Source: Podarcis cretensis (lineage: Eukaryota). Taken from it: 64,000 nucleotides of DNA. The notes beneath the pieces are model-generated. The model did not search any database, had not been told where the DNA came from, and saw only the letters and a program-made list of their open reading frames with translations. Location of the stretch: positions 34,534,001 through 34,598,000 of the forward strand of contig OX638151.1 of NCBI GenBank assembly GCA_951804945.1. The letters are read 5' to 3'. The position numbers and the translations under genes were made by a program. Shown piece by piece: positions 37,243 to 47,919 of this stretch (positions are counted from its first letter, which is position 1; every line of letters begins with the position of its first letter).

Positions 37243-39140
37243 CCCTAACTTAAGGCTCTTAAAAGGCAAGGGTTCTTTATATGGCCATGTGTATTACTTT
37301 GCTTACTTCAAAATATGGAGGCTGCCCTGCTCATTCTACTTTAGTGGAGACCCAGACTTTTGCACAGATGCCTTGCTCTGGTGGCACCACTGAGCTGAAT
37401 GGGTCATTTGTGTACTGAAGAGGATGGAACCTTTCTAGTGAGAAGTAGAAGCAGCAGTAAAGATGTTTGAGAAGACTGGACATTAAGTTACCATTGAGGG
37501 ATTTAATTTATATATTTATAAGAATTGTTGACCTCAAGGGTTCCCAGAGTACAGCTACACAAAATAACATTGTAAAATATCAGTTGTTGCATTACCTGTA
37601 ATGCCCCCCACATAAAAAATATACATAAATTACCCAGCAAAACAGCACTTACCTGGGAGCTTACTTCGGATAGACATGTATAGCATTAGACTGTAATTGG
37701 AATGGTTTTAACTCTCCATCTGAAAATGAAAACATATGGTGCAAGCTGAGCCTCCTGGATACAAGGTTCCACAGTTTGGGAGCCACCACTGATAAAGCCT
37801 AATCCCACTCCTCCAACTTTTGCACTTTCCAACGTAAACAGATGGGCAACAGGGTTTTTCCCAATGATCTTAGCATGCAAGTAGGTTCATGTAGTTTATC
37901 CTTCAGATAATCTAGTCAAAAACTGTTTGGGACAAGTAAACCAGCATCTTGTATTGAGCCTGAAAGTCTGTGCAGCTGAAAGATTATAATAGGGGAGTTA
38001 TAGTAGATCTGACCCCAGGACTGCAAGCAGACAAAGTAGTACACTGAACACTTGTAGGATGCAGAACTGAGACAGGGCAGCCTGACTTATTGGTTCAGGG
38101 CTATATATTGCAGGAGGAGCTTCACATTGCAATTGCACCTACTGCTCTGGGAAAAAAGCAGCATAGCAGGGAACAATGCATGGCACAAATGTGAAGCATG
38201 CAAAATAAAAGGAGTATTCTCTTTGAGCAGATACAGACTGCCTGTACCTGATTCCAGGCATGGGTCTGTTTTGTGTTTTTATATTGTTTTTATGAGCTAC
38301 CATTCTGTTGGAATAATAATAATAATAATAATAATAATTCCACAAAAAGTGCACAAGGCAATGTACAATACAAAAACAAAAGGTAATACAAGTGTATATA
38401 GTATAATATTGTAGCGTGTGCGTGTGTGTGCATGTGCTGGTAGAAGCCTTGTCCTATAAACTTTTACAATCTTGTCCAATATATATATTAATGCTACATG
38501 ATGTGTCGTTATAATAATATGAGCATTCTATTTTTTATAACATAGGGAGATAAAAAATGCTTGGATATACATTTGGATGTGCTGGCTGTAATTATACCAT
38601 ATATTCAGCGTAATGCATAGTTGCATAAAAACAAAAATTGATTTGTGTTTGTACACTTGTAATTACTGCTAATTTTCCATAATGATATGGTAATGTACAC
38701 AACAGAGTAATGTCACTGGAATTGCTATGTAGTCAGCATACCTGCATGGTAAAAAAATACACATACTAAGGGGCATTAATTTATTTAAATCGGCAGCACC
38801 AGCACCAGAAGGCAATTAGTTCTCATCCACAGTGTAATTGCACTGCTTAAGTTTATTCGGATTCTGAACCATTAAGGTTAAAGGCAACGGTGTCATTGTC
38901 TTCAATTAATGTAGTGCCAATTCTTTAGGGAACAATTCCCTCACACATCTAGCAGTGTAGTCCCAATAATTTCATGGGAACTACACAGACAGAATAATTC
39001 ATAATTTGCTTATATTACACAGTAGGTAGTAAGTCTATATTTCCACAGTGTGGCCACTAAGAGCACGTGTGCCCAAGGATGTCTTGTTCTACTTTGATGA
39101 GAACAGCACTACTTCAAGTGATGTAGACTTAACCCAGACC

Positions 39141-39287
39141 CAGTGGCATAGCGTGGGTTGTCAGCAAGTAATTTGCCCCCCAACTCGTGGATTTGCGCCC
39201 CCTAACCCGTGGATTTGCACCCCCTAACCCCCAGATGTTGCGCCCAGTGCGGCCGGCCCCCCCTGCACCCCCCACGCTACGCCACTG
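39141..39287. mobile_element. 147-bp hAT (Tip100-like) MITE
   Basis: 17-bp TIRs CAGTGGCATAGCGTGGG / CCCACGCTACGCCACTG (1 mismatch); perfect TSD CCCAGACC (39133-39140, 39288-39295); internal short tandem repeat. Confidence 0.92.
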
Positions 39288-41048
39288 CCCAGACCCCATG
39301 ATAAGATGAATATTATCCCCTTGCTCAAAGTGTCCTGTTGTCATGGGCTGCCTGGATACAGAGGAGTGGTGGGAGGCACCAGCTGGGGAACCCCCAAGGG
39401 GCCTCCCAGAGTAAGAAGGCTCAGAGCCAGGGGATTGTTGGTGGGATGACAATGTGTGGTCAGGGGGAGAAGAGGGAACATATGAGGGGAGGAGGAGGAG
39501 GAGAGGAGGGAGATGTCAGAAGCAGAAGAGGCAACTGCGTTTAGTGAGCAGGAAGATGCTATGGCAGAGAGCAGGCTGTGGCACAGAGCAGTCCAGACTC
39601 AGAGGCAGGAGAGAAGAGATGAGGCAGGCTGCTGAATAAGCCAGGGAGTCTCCCCCTTCTGCTGTGACCAGCTCCCCTCCCACCTGGTATCCCAGAACCA
39701 GAGGACGTATGAAGAGGGAGGAGCAAAGACAAACACAGTGAAGAAGTCTCAGATTGCTTGGGAAGGACCTGGGGGAGGAGCCTTGCAACTGCCTCACTGG
39801 GGAAAGGTCTACCGGGAAGAGTTGCTGGGATCAGTAGGCCTGCATAGTTTTGGTTTCCTTGACTAAAGAGTTAATTTTACCTACACCAGTGTTTTTTTAT
39901 TGCTGACCTGCTCTTAACTCCAGCTCCTAACACATGTCTCCCTGCACAGTGTTCCATAACATAATTATATGCTAAAACTATAATCTGAGTTTTCCTACAG
40001 CTAGCACTACAACTTGTGTGTTGAAGACCTTACAGTCATGTGAAATCTGCCATTTCTGCTGGATCCCCAGGTCTGCAAAATTGGACTAGTAGCAGATCAT
40101 CATGGCACCACTGACAGTGTTGTGTTGGTCTGTGCGGAAGGATAAGTTGCACCAAATACTCCAAGGTGGAATGTACACACACACTGAAAAAACGCTGTGA
40201 AAATGCTTTTTTAAAAAAAGTTTTGAAAAACACATCGATTTTGCCATAGCTCACTGTTGCCATCTAGTGTCACATTTGTATATTGCACTTTATAACACAC
40301 TTAAAACATTTTATTTGCAGCTGTATAGCTGAATCCCAAGACTCAGACAAAAGGGGGCAGGGAATGTGGACACATCAAAGGTGTCAGTTGGCCCACTGGA
40401 GTCTTTGAGCCTCAGAATTTACTGGCCATGCTAGGTGATGGTGTCAGGACTACTACTGAAGTAGACATTTTGTAGGTAGTATACCTTTATGACAGATGGG
40501 ACTATAAACTCCAGATATTACTGAGCACCAACTCCAATGATCTCTGGCTATTTGCTATTCTGGCTGAGGTTGATTCAAGTTGGAGTCCAGTATCTGGAGG
40601 GCCATAGGCCCCTTACCTCCTACTATGAAAGGAAGTAGCAATGCGGGGCAACTCAGACCCAGGTGCTCAATCCTCTTGCTGTTGTTATCTTTTATACTTT
40701 TAAAATAAAGCGTTTTGTGTCTTGGTTCTGCCTCAGTTATTGGATACCATTACTGATATGGTGTTGCCAGCATTGCCCAAAACTATAATTCATGTGTTAA
40801 TTGAATTGTAAAATTTGTGGCACAACTTTCGCTCAAATGATGCTCAATGTGGTTTATGTAAGTAAATAATTTAGCTACTCATGAATGAGGGATCATATCC
40901 GCTCCATTCCGTCATGAACTTTTAAAAAGAAGTATTATATTGTGTGTATAATTGTAGGTGGTTGTTTTTAAGTTTTTAAGGGTTGGCTCTAGCTATGTTC
41001 TTTTCAGAGTAAATGAACTGAAATAATGAACCTAAGTTAGTCATGTCT

Positions 41049-41264
41049 AAACAAAATAAAAAAATTCCTTCAGTAGCACCTTAGAGACCAACTAAGTTTG
41101 CTATTGGTATGAGCTTTCGTGTGCATGCACACTTCTTCAGATACCATGCATGCACACGAAAGCTCATACCAATAACAATCTTAGTTGGTCTCTAAGGTGC
41201 TACTGGAAGGAATTTTTTTATCTTGTTTCGATTACGGCAGACCACCACGGCTACCTACCTGTAA
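41049..41264. mobile_element. Penelope-like element remnant with inverted (fold-back) structure
   Basis: Inverted arms of about 80 bp (41049-41129 vs 41147-41228); 12-bp TSD TTAGTCATGTCT (41037-41048, 41265-41276); carries a hammerhead motif. Confidence 0.85.
41105..41146 (-). ncRNA. Minimal type-I hammerhead ribozyme motif
   Basis: Minus strand reads UGGUAU-CUGAAGA-A-GUGUG(CAUG)CACAC-GAAA-GC-UC^AUACCA: 6-bp stem I, CUGANGA core, stem II hairpin, GAAA, palindromic minimal stem III, NUH triplet CUC. Confidence 0.8.
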
Positions 41265-41868
41265 TTAGTCATGTCTGTTAACTTCAGTGGGTGTACCCTG
41301 AGTACAACCCTAAGGCACTGAACAAAAAATGCAATTGGAAGATAATCACTGTTCACAGGTGTGCCATCTGGATATGTAATAAACATGAATATCTATGGGG
41401 GGAGTTGTTGGTGTTGTTATGGTGTTATTTAATTTTTCAAATGTCTTATCTCTTGGGGAGTTAAAAGGTTTTTTTAAAGGAATAATTAAAAAGGGATTCG
41501 ATAGATTAGAAAGCTTTTGAGGCTTTTGGTACCAGCATTTCAGGTTGTTGGGTGTTTTTTTTAAGCAATGAAATGGGTTGCAATGAAAACTAAGAAGAGT
41601 CCGCTGGATCAGGTTAATGGCCCATCTAGTCCAGCATCCTGTTCATGCAAACTAGACGACTGTGAGAAACCTGAAAGCAGAACCCAAGCACAGCAGCATT
41701 CTCCCCTCCTGTGGTTTCAAACAACTGGTATTCATAAACATTCCTACTGCCGGTCACCTGTGTCCTTGGTATGTGCAGAAGTGCAAAACTCAATAGGCTG
41801 TGGTTGTTGCTCTTTAGATTTCTTACCCACCCTTCAGTATGAAGTCCCAGGGCAGGTTACAACAATTT

Positions 41869-42130
41869 AGAAGTAGTAGTAGTAGAAGAAGAGTTTGGAT
41901 TTGATATCCCGCTTTATCACTACCCGAAGGAATCTCAAAGCGGCTAACATTCTCCTTTCCCTTCCTCCCCCACAACAAACACTCTGTGAGGTGAGTGGGG
42001 CTGAGAGACTTCAGAGAAGTGTGACTGGCCCAAGGTCACCCAGCAGCTGTATGTGGAGGAGTGGAGACGCGAACCCGGTTCCCCAGATTACAAGACTACC
42101 GCTCTTAACCACTACACCACACTGGCTCTC
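41869..42130 (-). mobile_element. tRNA-derived CORE-SINE (Squam3-like)
   Basis: Reverse complement of 2892-3144; appears nested in an older L2 3' end. Confidence 0.9.
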
Positions 42131-42179
42131 TCACACTGGTACAATATTAAGAACTGTTAAAAACAAATTATAATCAAGA

Positions 42180-42635
42180 AAATAAGATGAGTCCTAAAAC
42201 ATACATCTCAAGTGTCAAACGCCAGGGTAAAAAGGTGCTTCTTCAGCTGATGGGAAAAACTATATAATGAAGGTATCAGATGCACATCTGTAGGGAGGGA
42301 ATTGCACAGTTTAGGCGCAGCCACAGAGAATTCCCTCTTCTGGGCCACTGCTCCCCAAATTTCTGAGGGTGGTGGAACTACCAAGAGTCTGTAGGGAAGG
42401 AGCCAGTCTTTCAGATATTTTGGGCCTCAGTTGTTTATTGCTTTGATCAATTCAAGCTGCACCTTGAATTGGGCCTGGAGACAAACCAATGCTGCTTTTT
42501 TAAAACTGGGGTTATGTGTGTTCTAAATGGCAGTAACTTGAATTGCATTTTTGACCCATTGAAGTTTTTGGATCACTTTTGAGGACAACCCCACATTTAG
42601 TATGTTGCAGTCATCTAGCCTGGGAGAGTGCTGAA
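42180..42635 (-). mobile_element. Decayed L2 ORF2 remnant
   Basis: RLDDCNILNVGLSSKVIQKLQWVKNA resembles the L2 motif RLDYCNxLxxGLP...LQxVQNAA. Confidence 0.7.
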
Positions 42636-43511
42636 GAATACCATGTACACTGCCTTGCCTTTCCATCATGGAAGAAAGACAGGATATAAATGGAATAAAT
42701 ATCATTAATGAATAAATTGGTAGGTTGAGCCAGGGGTAGCCAGGGTTTGGTTCCAGAAAGCATTCTATGATATGAATGCATTTGCAATAACTCTGAATAA
42801 TAATCTTCCAGCCCCAATCTCTTTCCCATCTCATTTTTTACCACGTTATACCTCTGGGCAAACAAGCAGGACTCATGTACCTTGTGCTGCTGTTGGTGTG
42901 CATTAAAAAATAAGTTGATATTTCATATTACTCTCTCTGTTACTGGCATGTATACACTGTGTACATCAATGGCACTATATGCACAAGGAAACATCTAATC
43001 AATAGCAACTACCACAAGCTGAATTTCCAATTCCTACAGTTGCTGTATGTTTGCATGTCACCCAGGTATTACAGGTACAGGAGCCCACTGAGGAAGAGGA
43101 AAAATCACGCTGACAATCCCAAGGATGGAATCAATTTTCAGAGCTGGTGTCAGATGAAATCTCAACTTCTCAGCAACCTCTATTGTTTTTGTCTAGACAT
43201 GAAAAGTATACTGCCTTTGAGCATATGTTTTAGTTTGTTTATTAAAACAGATCTATGATGCCTTTTGATTGAAAATCTCCAAGGCAGCTTAAAGTACATA
43301 CGGGTAACTAAAAAGAGCAGAAATTAAAACCATTGCATAAAACCCAAGGCAGCAAACTAATAAAAGCAGCAAAAGCCAAACCAAACACACAAAGTAAGCA
43401 GGAACAGCATTCATTTGTCAGTTAAGGAGTCATCATACTCCAAAAGATACCTGAAAAAGATCAGCCTTATGTCAGAAAGCTAGAAAGGAAGAGAATAGTA
43501 TGAGTGCTCTT

Positions 43512-43652
43512 CCTTTTACTGTTGAGACCTTGCCATAACCACCAGCCACTTTCGAAGGCAACAGTTTTCTAGATCAGGGTTCATGCCTTATCTAGAAAAC
43601 TGTTGCCTTCAAAGGTGGCTGGTGGTTATGGCAATGCCTCAGTGGTAAAAGG
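43512..43652. repeat. 141-bp inverted repeat / long hairpin
   Basis: 45-bp core arms with 2 mismatches around a 15-nt spacer, extended by CCTTTTAC/GTAAAAGG. Confidence 0.93.
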
Positions 43653-45364
43653 CATTTACTTGTAAAGCCCCCATCTTTTATTTCCTTTCTTAAATGAAAC
43701 GGAAAGCTGGATGTTGATGCTGCTCACCAGGTGTTTGACTAGCAAGTTGGGCAACCTTCTCCAAAGACTGGAAATAACACTGATATATTGACTTGCATGG
43801 TACCTCCTACACTGGAAATGCTTTACAAACAATGCTCACCTTTTTATTATTTATAAAGTCAAAGGAATAAATACATGTTAGTGTGAAAGTCACCCCAGTG
43901 CAGAGGCTATTAATCTTCACCTGGCAGGAAAAGCCACACATACGTGACCTTCCATGAAACCCTCTGCCAAACGGAGGTGGAAAAAAATTACACTTTGGTC
44001 TTTCGAACAGAGGTGGCTGTGTACACAACCACCAGCTTTTTTTGTAGCTAGGTCATTCTTTTCCCCAATTTGGACTGAAGCTGTTTGGGTGGTGGGGTGG
44101 GGTGGGTGGGTGGGGGGAATGCATCAAAACACTGTATTTCATAGAAATGGCAGGGCAGTGTGGGTTGTAGCTAATGCTGTTTGTACACTGCTTCCCAAAC
44201 CAACAGTGGGAGCACACCTGGTGCAGAGAAAACGGATGTGTGCACACAACTCATAGACAGAATTTTTCCAGAAGTTCAGAATTTTAAACCTAATAGTGAT
44301 CTGGTAGTCTCAGGCATCAAGAGATTCGATTAGATCGACTAGTTTCTGCAAAGGTCAGGAAAGTTTTGCTCAATAAAAAAACTTTAAATGCAAGTGTAGA
44401 GGTTCCACCATTTTATTTCCTTTTTCCTTTTTGTAACTAGTGAAAACTTATGTTTTCTGTTACATGACATTGTAGGGACATGTAATGCTGGTCTCAAATT
44501 TTTATCCAAGCAAAAGAAAATAATACAAATGCTTTTCTCCTCCCAACTGAACTCCTGCTATATCTCACCTACCAAAAATCCTCCAGCCTACCACTTAGCA
44601 AGGATCTGCTAATGTTCTGGTGGCGTGGAGAGAGTAAAGAACAGAAGGGTATTTTCTCCTGCAGCACTCAAGAACAAGTGTGCCAAGAACAAGACCCAAA
44701 GACAACCATGGATGTCAGTAGTCCATGGGAAATTTGCATTCCCCAGATTAGTTGCACCTGGTATAGAGTGTAGTGGCTTGAAGGGTGCTGGTGAAGAAGG
44801 GGGCAAGACATGGGAGATAACTCCTTTCCCTTAGTTCCTCTCATCCTCTGTCACCAGAAGTGGGTGGGAAGGGGAGTTTTATGGGGTCTGAAGGAAGGTC
44901 AGAGAGCCTCACAAGCAGTTTGGTGGGAGTGGGTGGTCCACCTGTACTTATTTTTTCCCTTTCTTGGAAAAGACTTGTATAAAACCATAATTTATTCCAA
45001 GGATTCTCTGAGATAGCCTTATTGAACTCATTGGCTTACAGGGCCGGTGGAAGTGGTTTTGTTTGTTGTTTGCACTTTAGTATAGAGTTAAGTGAGAGCT
45101 TGTGTTGAGCATGTGCTGCAGAACCTCTTGTGCTGTCAGTGGCTTGAGGCATGCCCCAAATTGCGTGGAGAGCTGGCCATATCAGAAGCAGTGAAGAGCG
45201 CTGGATACTTCCAGCATAACGGACGCTCCCTAAATTCTACATCCTGGGGACCTAGGCAGCTGTGTGTCTATGGTAGAGACAGCCCTGTTTCCCAGGAGAC
45301 ATTCATGGGAGACTGGACTGCATCAAATACAGATTCTGTGGGGTTGGTTTTTTAAAAGAAAGGA

Positions 45365-45545
45365 TCACTGGGAGCTGTCTTAAACCAAATCAGACCATTG
45401 GCACACGTAGCTCAGTATTGTCTCTCCTGATTCTCAGTGGCTCTCCAGAGTTTCAGGACATTCCTAGCCCTACCTGGAAATGTTGGGGATTGAACCAGGG
45501 CCCTCCTGAATGAAAAGTGGATGCTCTACCACTGAGCTACAGGAA
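45365..45545 (-). mobile_element. tRNA-derived SINE (same family as 37059)
   Basis: GGGATTGAACC and CTCTACCACTGAGCTAC are reverse B and A boxes; CAGACCATTGG body is shared with 37059. Confidence 0.65.
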
Positions 45546-45864
45546 CTCAAGCTCAGCTTAGGGCTAGTGATGGGTTAAGTGCCTTTGGCTTTGACCCCAG
45601 TCTTCTTGAATGCTGACAGAAGATCACAAAAGCAAATCAATTAGGTGGTCTCTAGAGAATAGCACTGAAGAACATTCATTAGAAGCACCCTGCTGGATCA
45701 GTCTAAAGTATGATTGATCCCTGGGCCTCTAGAGCTAATTTTGATCTATTTAAACAATGTTTTGAAGCCATCTAAGTTGGTGGCTTCACTGCATCCTTTC
45801 GTTGCAAGTTCCACTGTATGTGGTGCAATGAAGTACTTCTTCTTCTTGGCCCTGAATCTGCCAT

Positions 45865-46092
45865 CTGTAGTGCCTCCCCATTTGCAGAATGCTCTCCCCC
45901 GGCACCTTCATAAAATATTTTTAGGCACCAGGCGAAAACGTTCCTCTTCAACCAGGCCTTTTAAATGTGTTTGTAGGAAGCCCCCCCCCCCCGTTTTGCT
46001 TTACTTATTTACTTGTTTTTATCCTGTATTTTATTCTGTGAACCACCCTGAGATCTTATGTTGAAGGGTGGTATATAAATCTAATAAACAAA
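45865..46092 (+). mobile_element. Old L2 3' end remnant
   Basis: GTAGTGCCTCCCCATTTGCAGAATGCTCTCCC (cf. ..APxLWNALP) and GTGAACCACCCTGAGATC...GGGTGGTATATAAAT end. Confidence 0.6.
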
Positions 46093-46487
46093 TGCCATTT
46101 AAAATGTGCCCTCAGGTCTCAAGAGTTTGGTGTCCCCTGCCCTGCGAGTGGGGAAAATGAGCTCAGGGGCACATTTGGCATGATCTAGACTTGCCTTACA
46201 TTGGCGTGACATATTCTGAACTGCATGTGCTCACCTCCATCACTACTTAGCAGCAGGTCTGCTTACTGCCTCTGTTTGTGAGATAGTTAATAATACAATG
46301 CTGTGCCAGTACACTAGACCTCACAGTCTTCTTTATTTCCCCATCCGTCTTCCCTAGAAGACGGTGATTTATATCTTGTTAGGGCACCAAGAGAAGCCTT
46401 GAGTTAAAGCCCTCCTATGCACATCCTGTACTATTTCATAGGGACTTGTCCCCCTCTTTTTTCTTTCGCTTGATCCGCTTAATCTTT

Positions 46488-46588
46488 TAATGCATAATTA
46501 GGGAAAGTGCACAGTTGCAAATTTCCCTTCAAGGCAGGGCTCTCTCATTTGCCTAAAACAGCCAGCCTGTTCTGCCATCAGCGAAATG

Positions 46589-46623
<35 letters not shown>

Positions 46624-46790
46624 ATGAGAGGAGAACGAGAGCGAGCGAGCGAGCGAGTATCTCATTGCTTTTCTCAATGGCCGGCTGTTCTCCAGCTCGC
46701 GCCTCCCTCCCACTACTTCTGTTCATTTGCATAATGAATTCCTCCGAAATGGCCATTGGCTGCCAGCAGCCGCGCTCGTGCGTGATGTCA
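46488..46790 (+). promoter_or_regulatory. Putative ALK proximal promoter motifs
   Basis: TAATGCATAATTA (46488-46500), octamer ATTTGCAT running into AATGAATT (46725-46740), inverted CCAAT (ATTGG, 46755), CRE-like TGATGTCA (46783-46790), all at the island edge. Motif matches only. Confidence 0.4.
46592..46657 (+). repeat. (GA)14 microsatellite followed by (GAGC)n
   Basis: Seen directly at 46592-46620, with GAGC repeats to about 46657. Confidence 0.95.
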
Positions 46791-46928
46791 GCGCTCACAG
46801 GGTAATGCCAGGGTTGTGGCGGGTAGTTGGAGCCTGTGAAAAATCTTCGCAGCGGTGGTGCCCGCAGATAGAAGAGAGCCAGGCTGAAGCGCCAAGCAAA
46901 CGTGGAGTAGGAGTCTCGACTACTAGTA

Positions 46929-46930
<2 letters not shown>

Positions 46931-46960
<30 letters not shown>
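46931..46960 (+). repeat. (GGC)10 trinucleotide repeat near the presumed ALK transcription start
   Basis: 30 nt of pure GGC followed by AGCGGC. Confidence 0.97.
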
Positions 46961-47919
46961 AGCGGCAATAGTATAAGTAGCAGTTGCCTTTCCGGCTGGA
47001 AGCGAAACCGCGAAACCACCACGCTCTTCCCTTTTCCTTCAGAAAAAGCAGCGAGAGAGGGAAGGGTGGGCGGCTGGGCAACGGGGAGAGAATGAGCGTC
47101 TCACCTGCCACGGCGACCGGCCAGTCTGAAGAAAGCGACGGCGAGTCCTGAGGTAATTCGAAAGGCCCGCTGTTCCCGCCAAAAAGGAGCTCCTCCGTCA
47201 CCTGCCAGGGCGCAGGGAAGTCGAAGAAGAAGAGCTCAGGCTGCGAAGGGAGCTCAGTGCCTGCTCCGGGCGACTCGGGGCCAAACGACTCGGGGGAACC
47301 TCCGGGCGAGGAGGGAAAGGAGAGCGCTCGCCGGGGCCTGGGAGAGTCACGCCAGCGGGCCAGAAGCGGGGGCCCCGTCGCTTCCCGAGACGTCTGGACG
47401 ACGCGGGACTTGCAGAGGCGCGAGGAATCCGGAGAGAAGTGGTTCTCTGGCCCCCAGGAACCCGCCGAGGGGAAGGTTCCGCCCCCCCCCCCCCACAGAC
47501 ACCAAGCGGACGGCGGCGTTTGGCCACAGACTTGGCGAAGCGCGAGGGAAAACGCGCGGTCCGTTCCCTTGTTTCGAAAACAAAAACGAATCTCCGGCGG
47601 TCCGGGGCGCGCGCGCGCGTTCCTGTCGCCGCCTGCAAGCGGCTGGGCGCGAGGTCGAGGCAAGCGCCCCCGCCTCCACCTTCCTCCTGCCTCTTCAGGG
47701 AAGAGGCTGCCACCAGGATGTGGCGGGACGTTTAGACCGTCTCGGGCGCGTCTGGGGGCGGCGGTGATTGGAGCGCGAAGCCGCCTCGTGTGCGGCTGGG
47801 GGCTCCGCTTCAGGAGGATCCGCCTCAGCGGCCAGTTGGTTCCCGCTGGTGCCTGAAGCGGGAGGAAGCTTACTTTTCGGACTCTCGCCTCTTCCCCGCC
47901 CGCTCCATTCCATGGCAAG

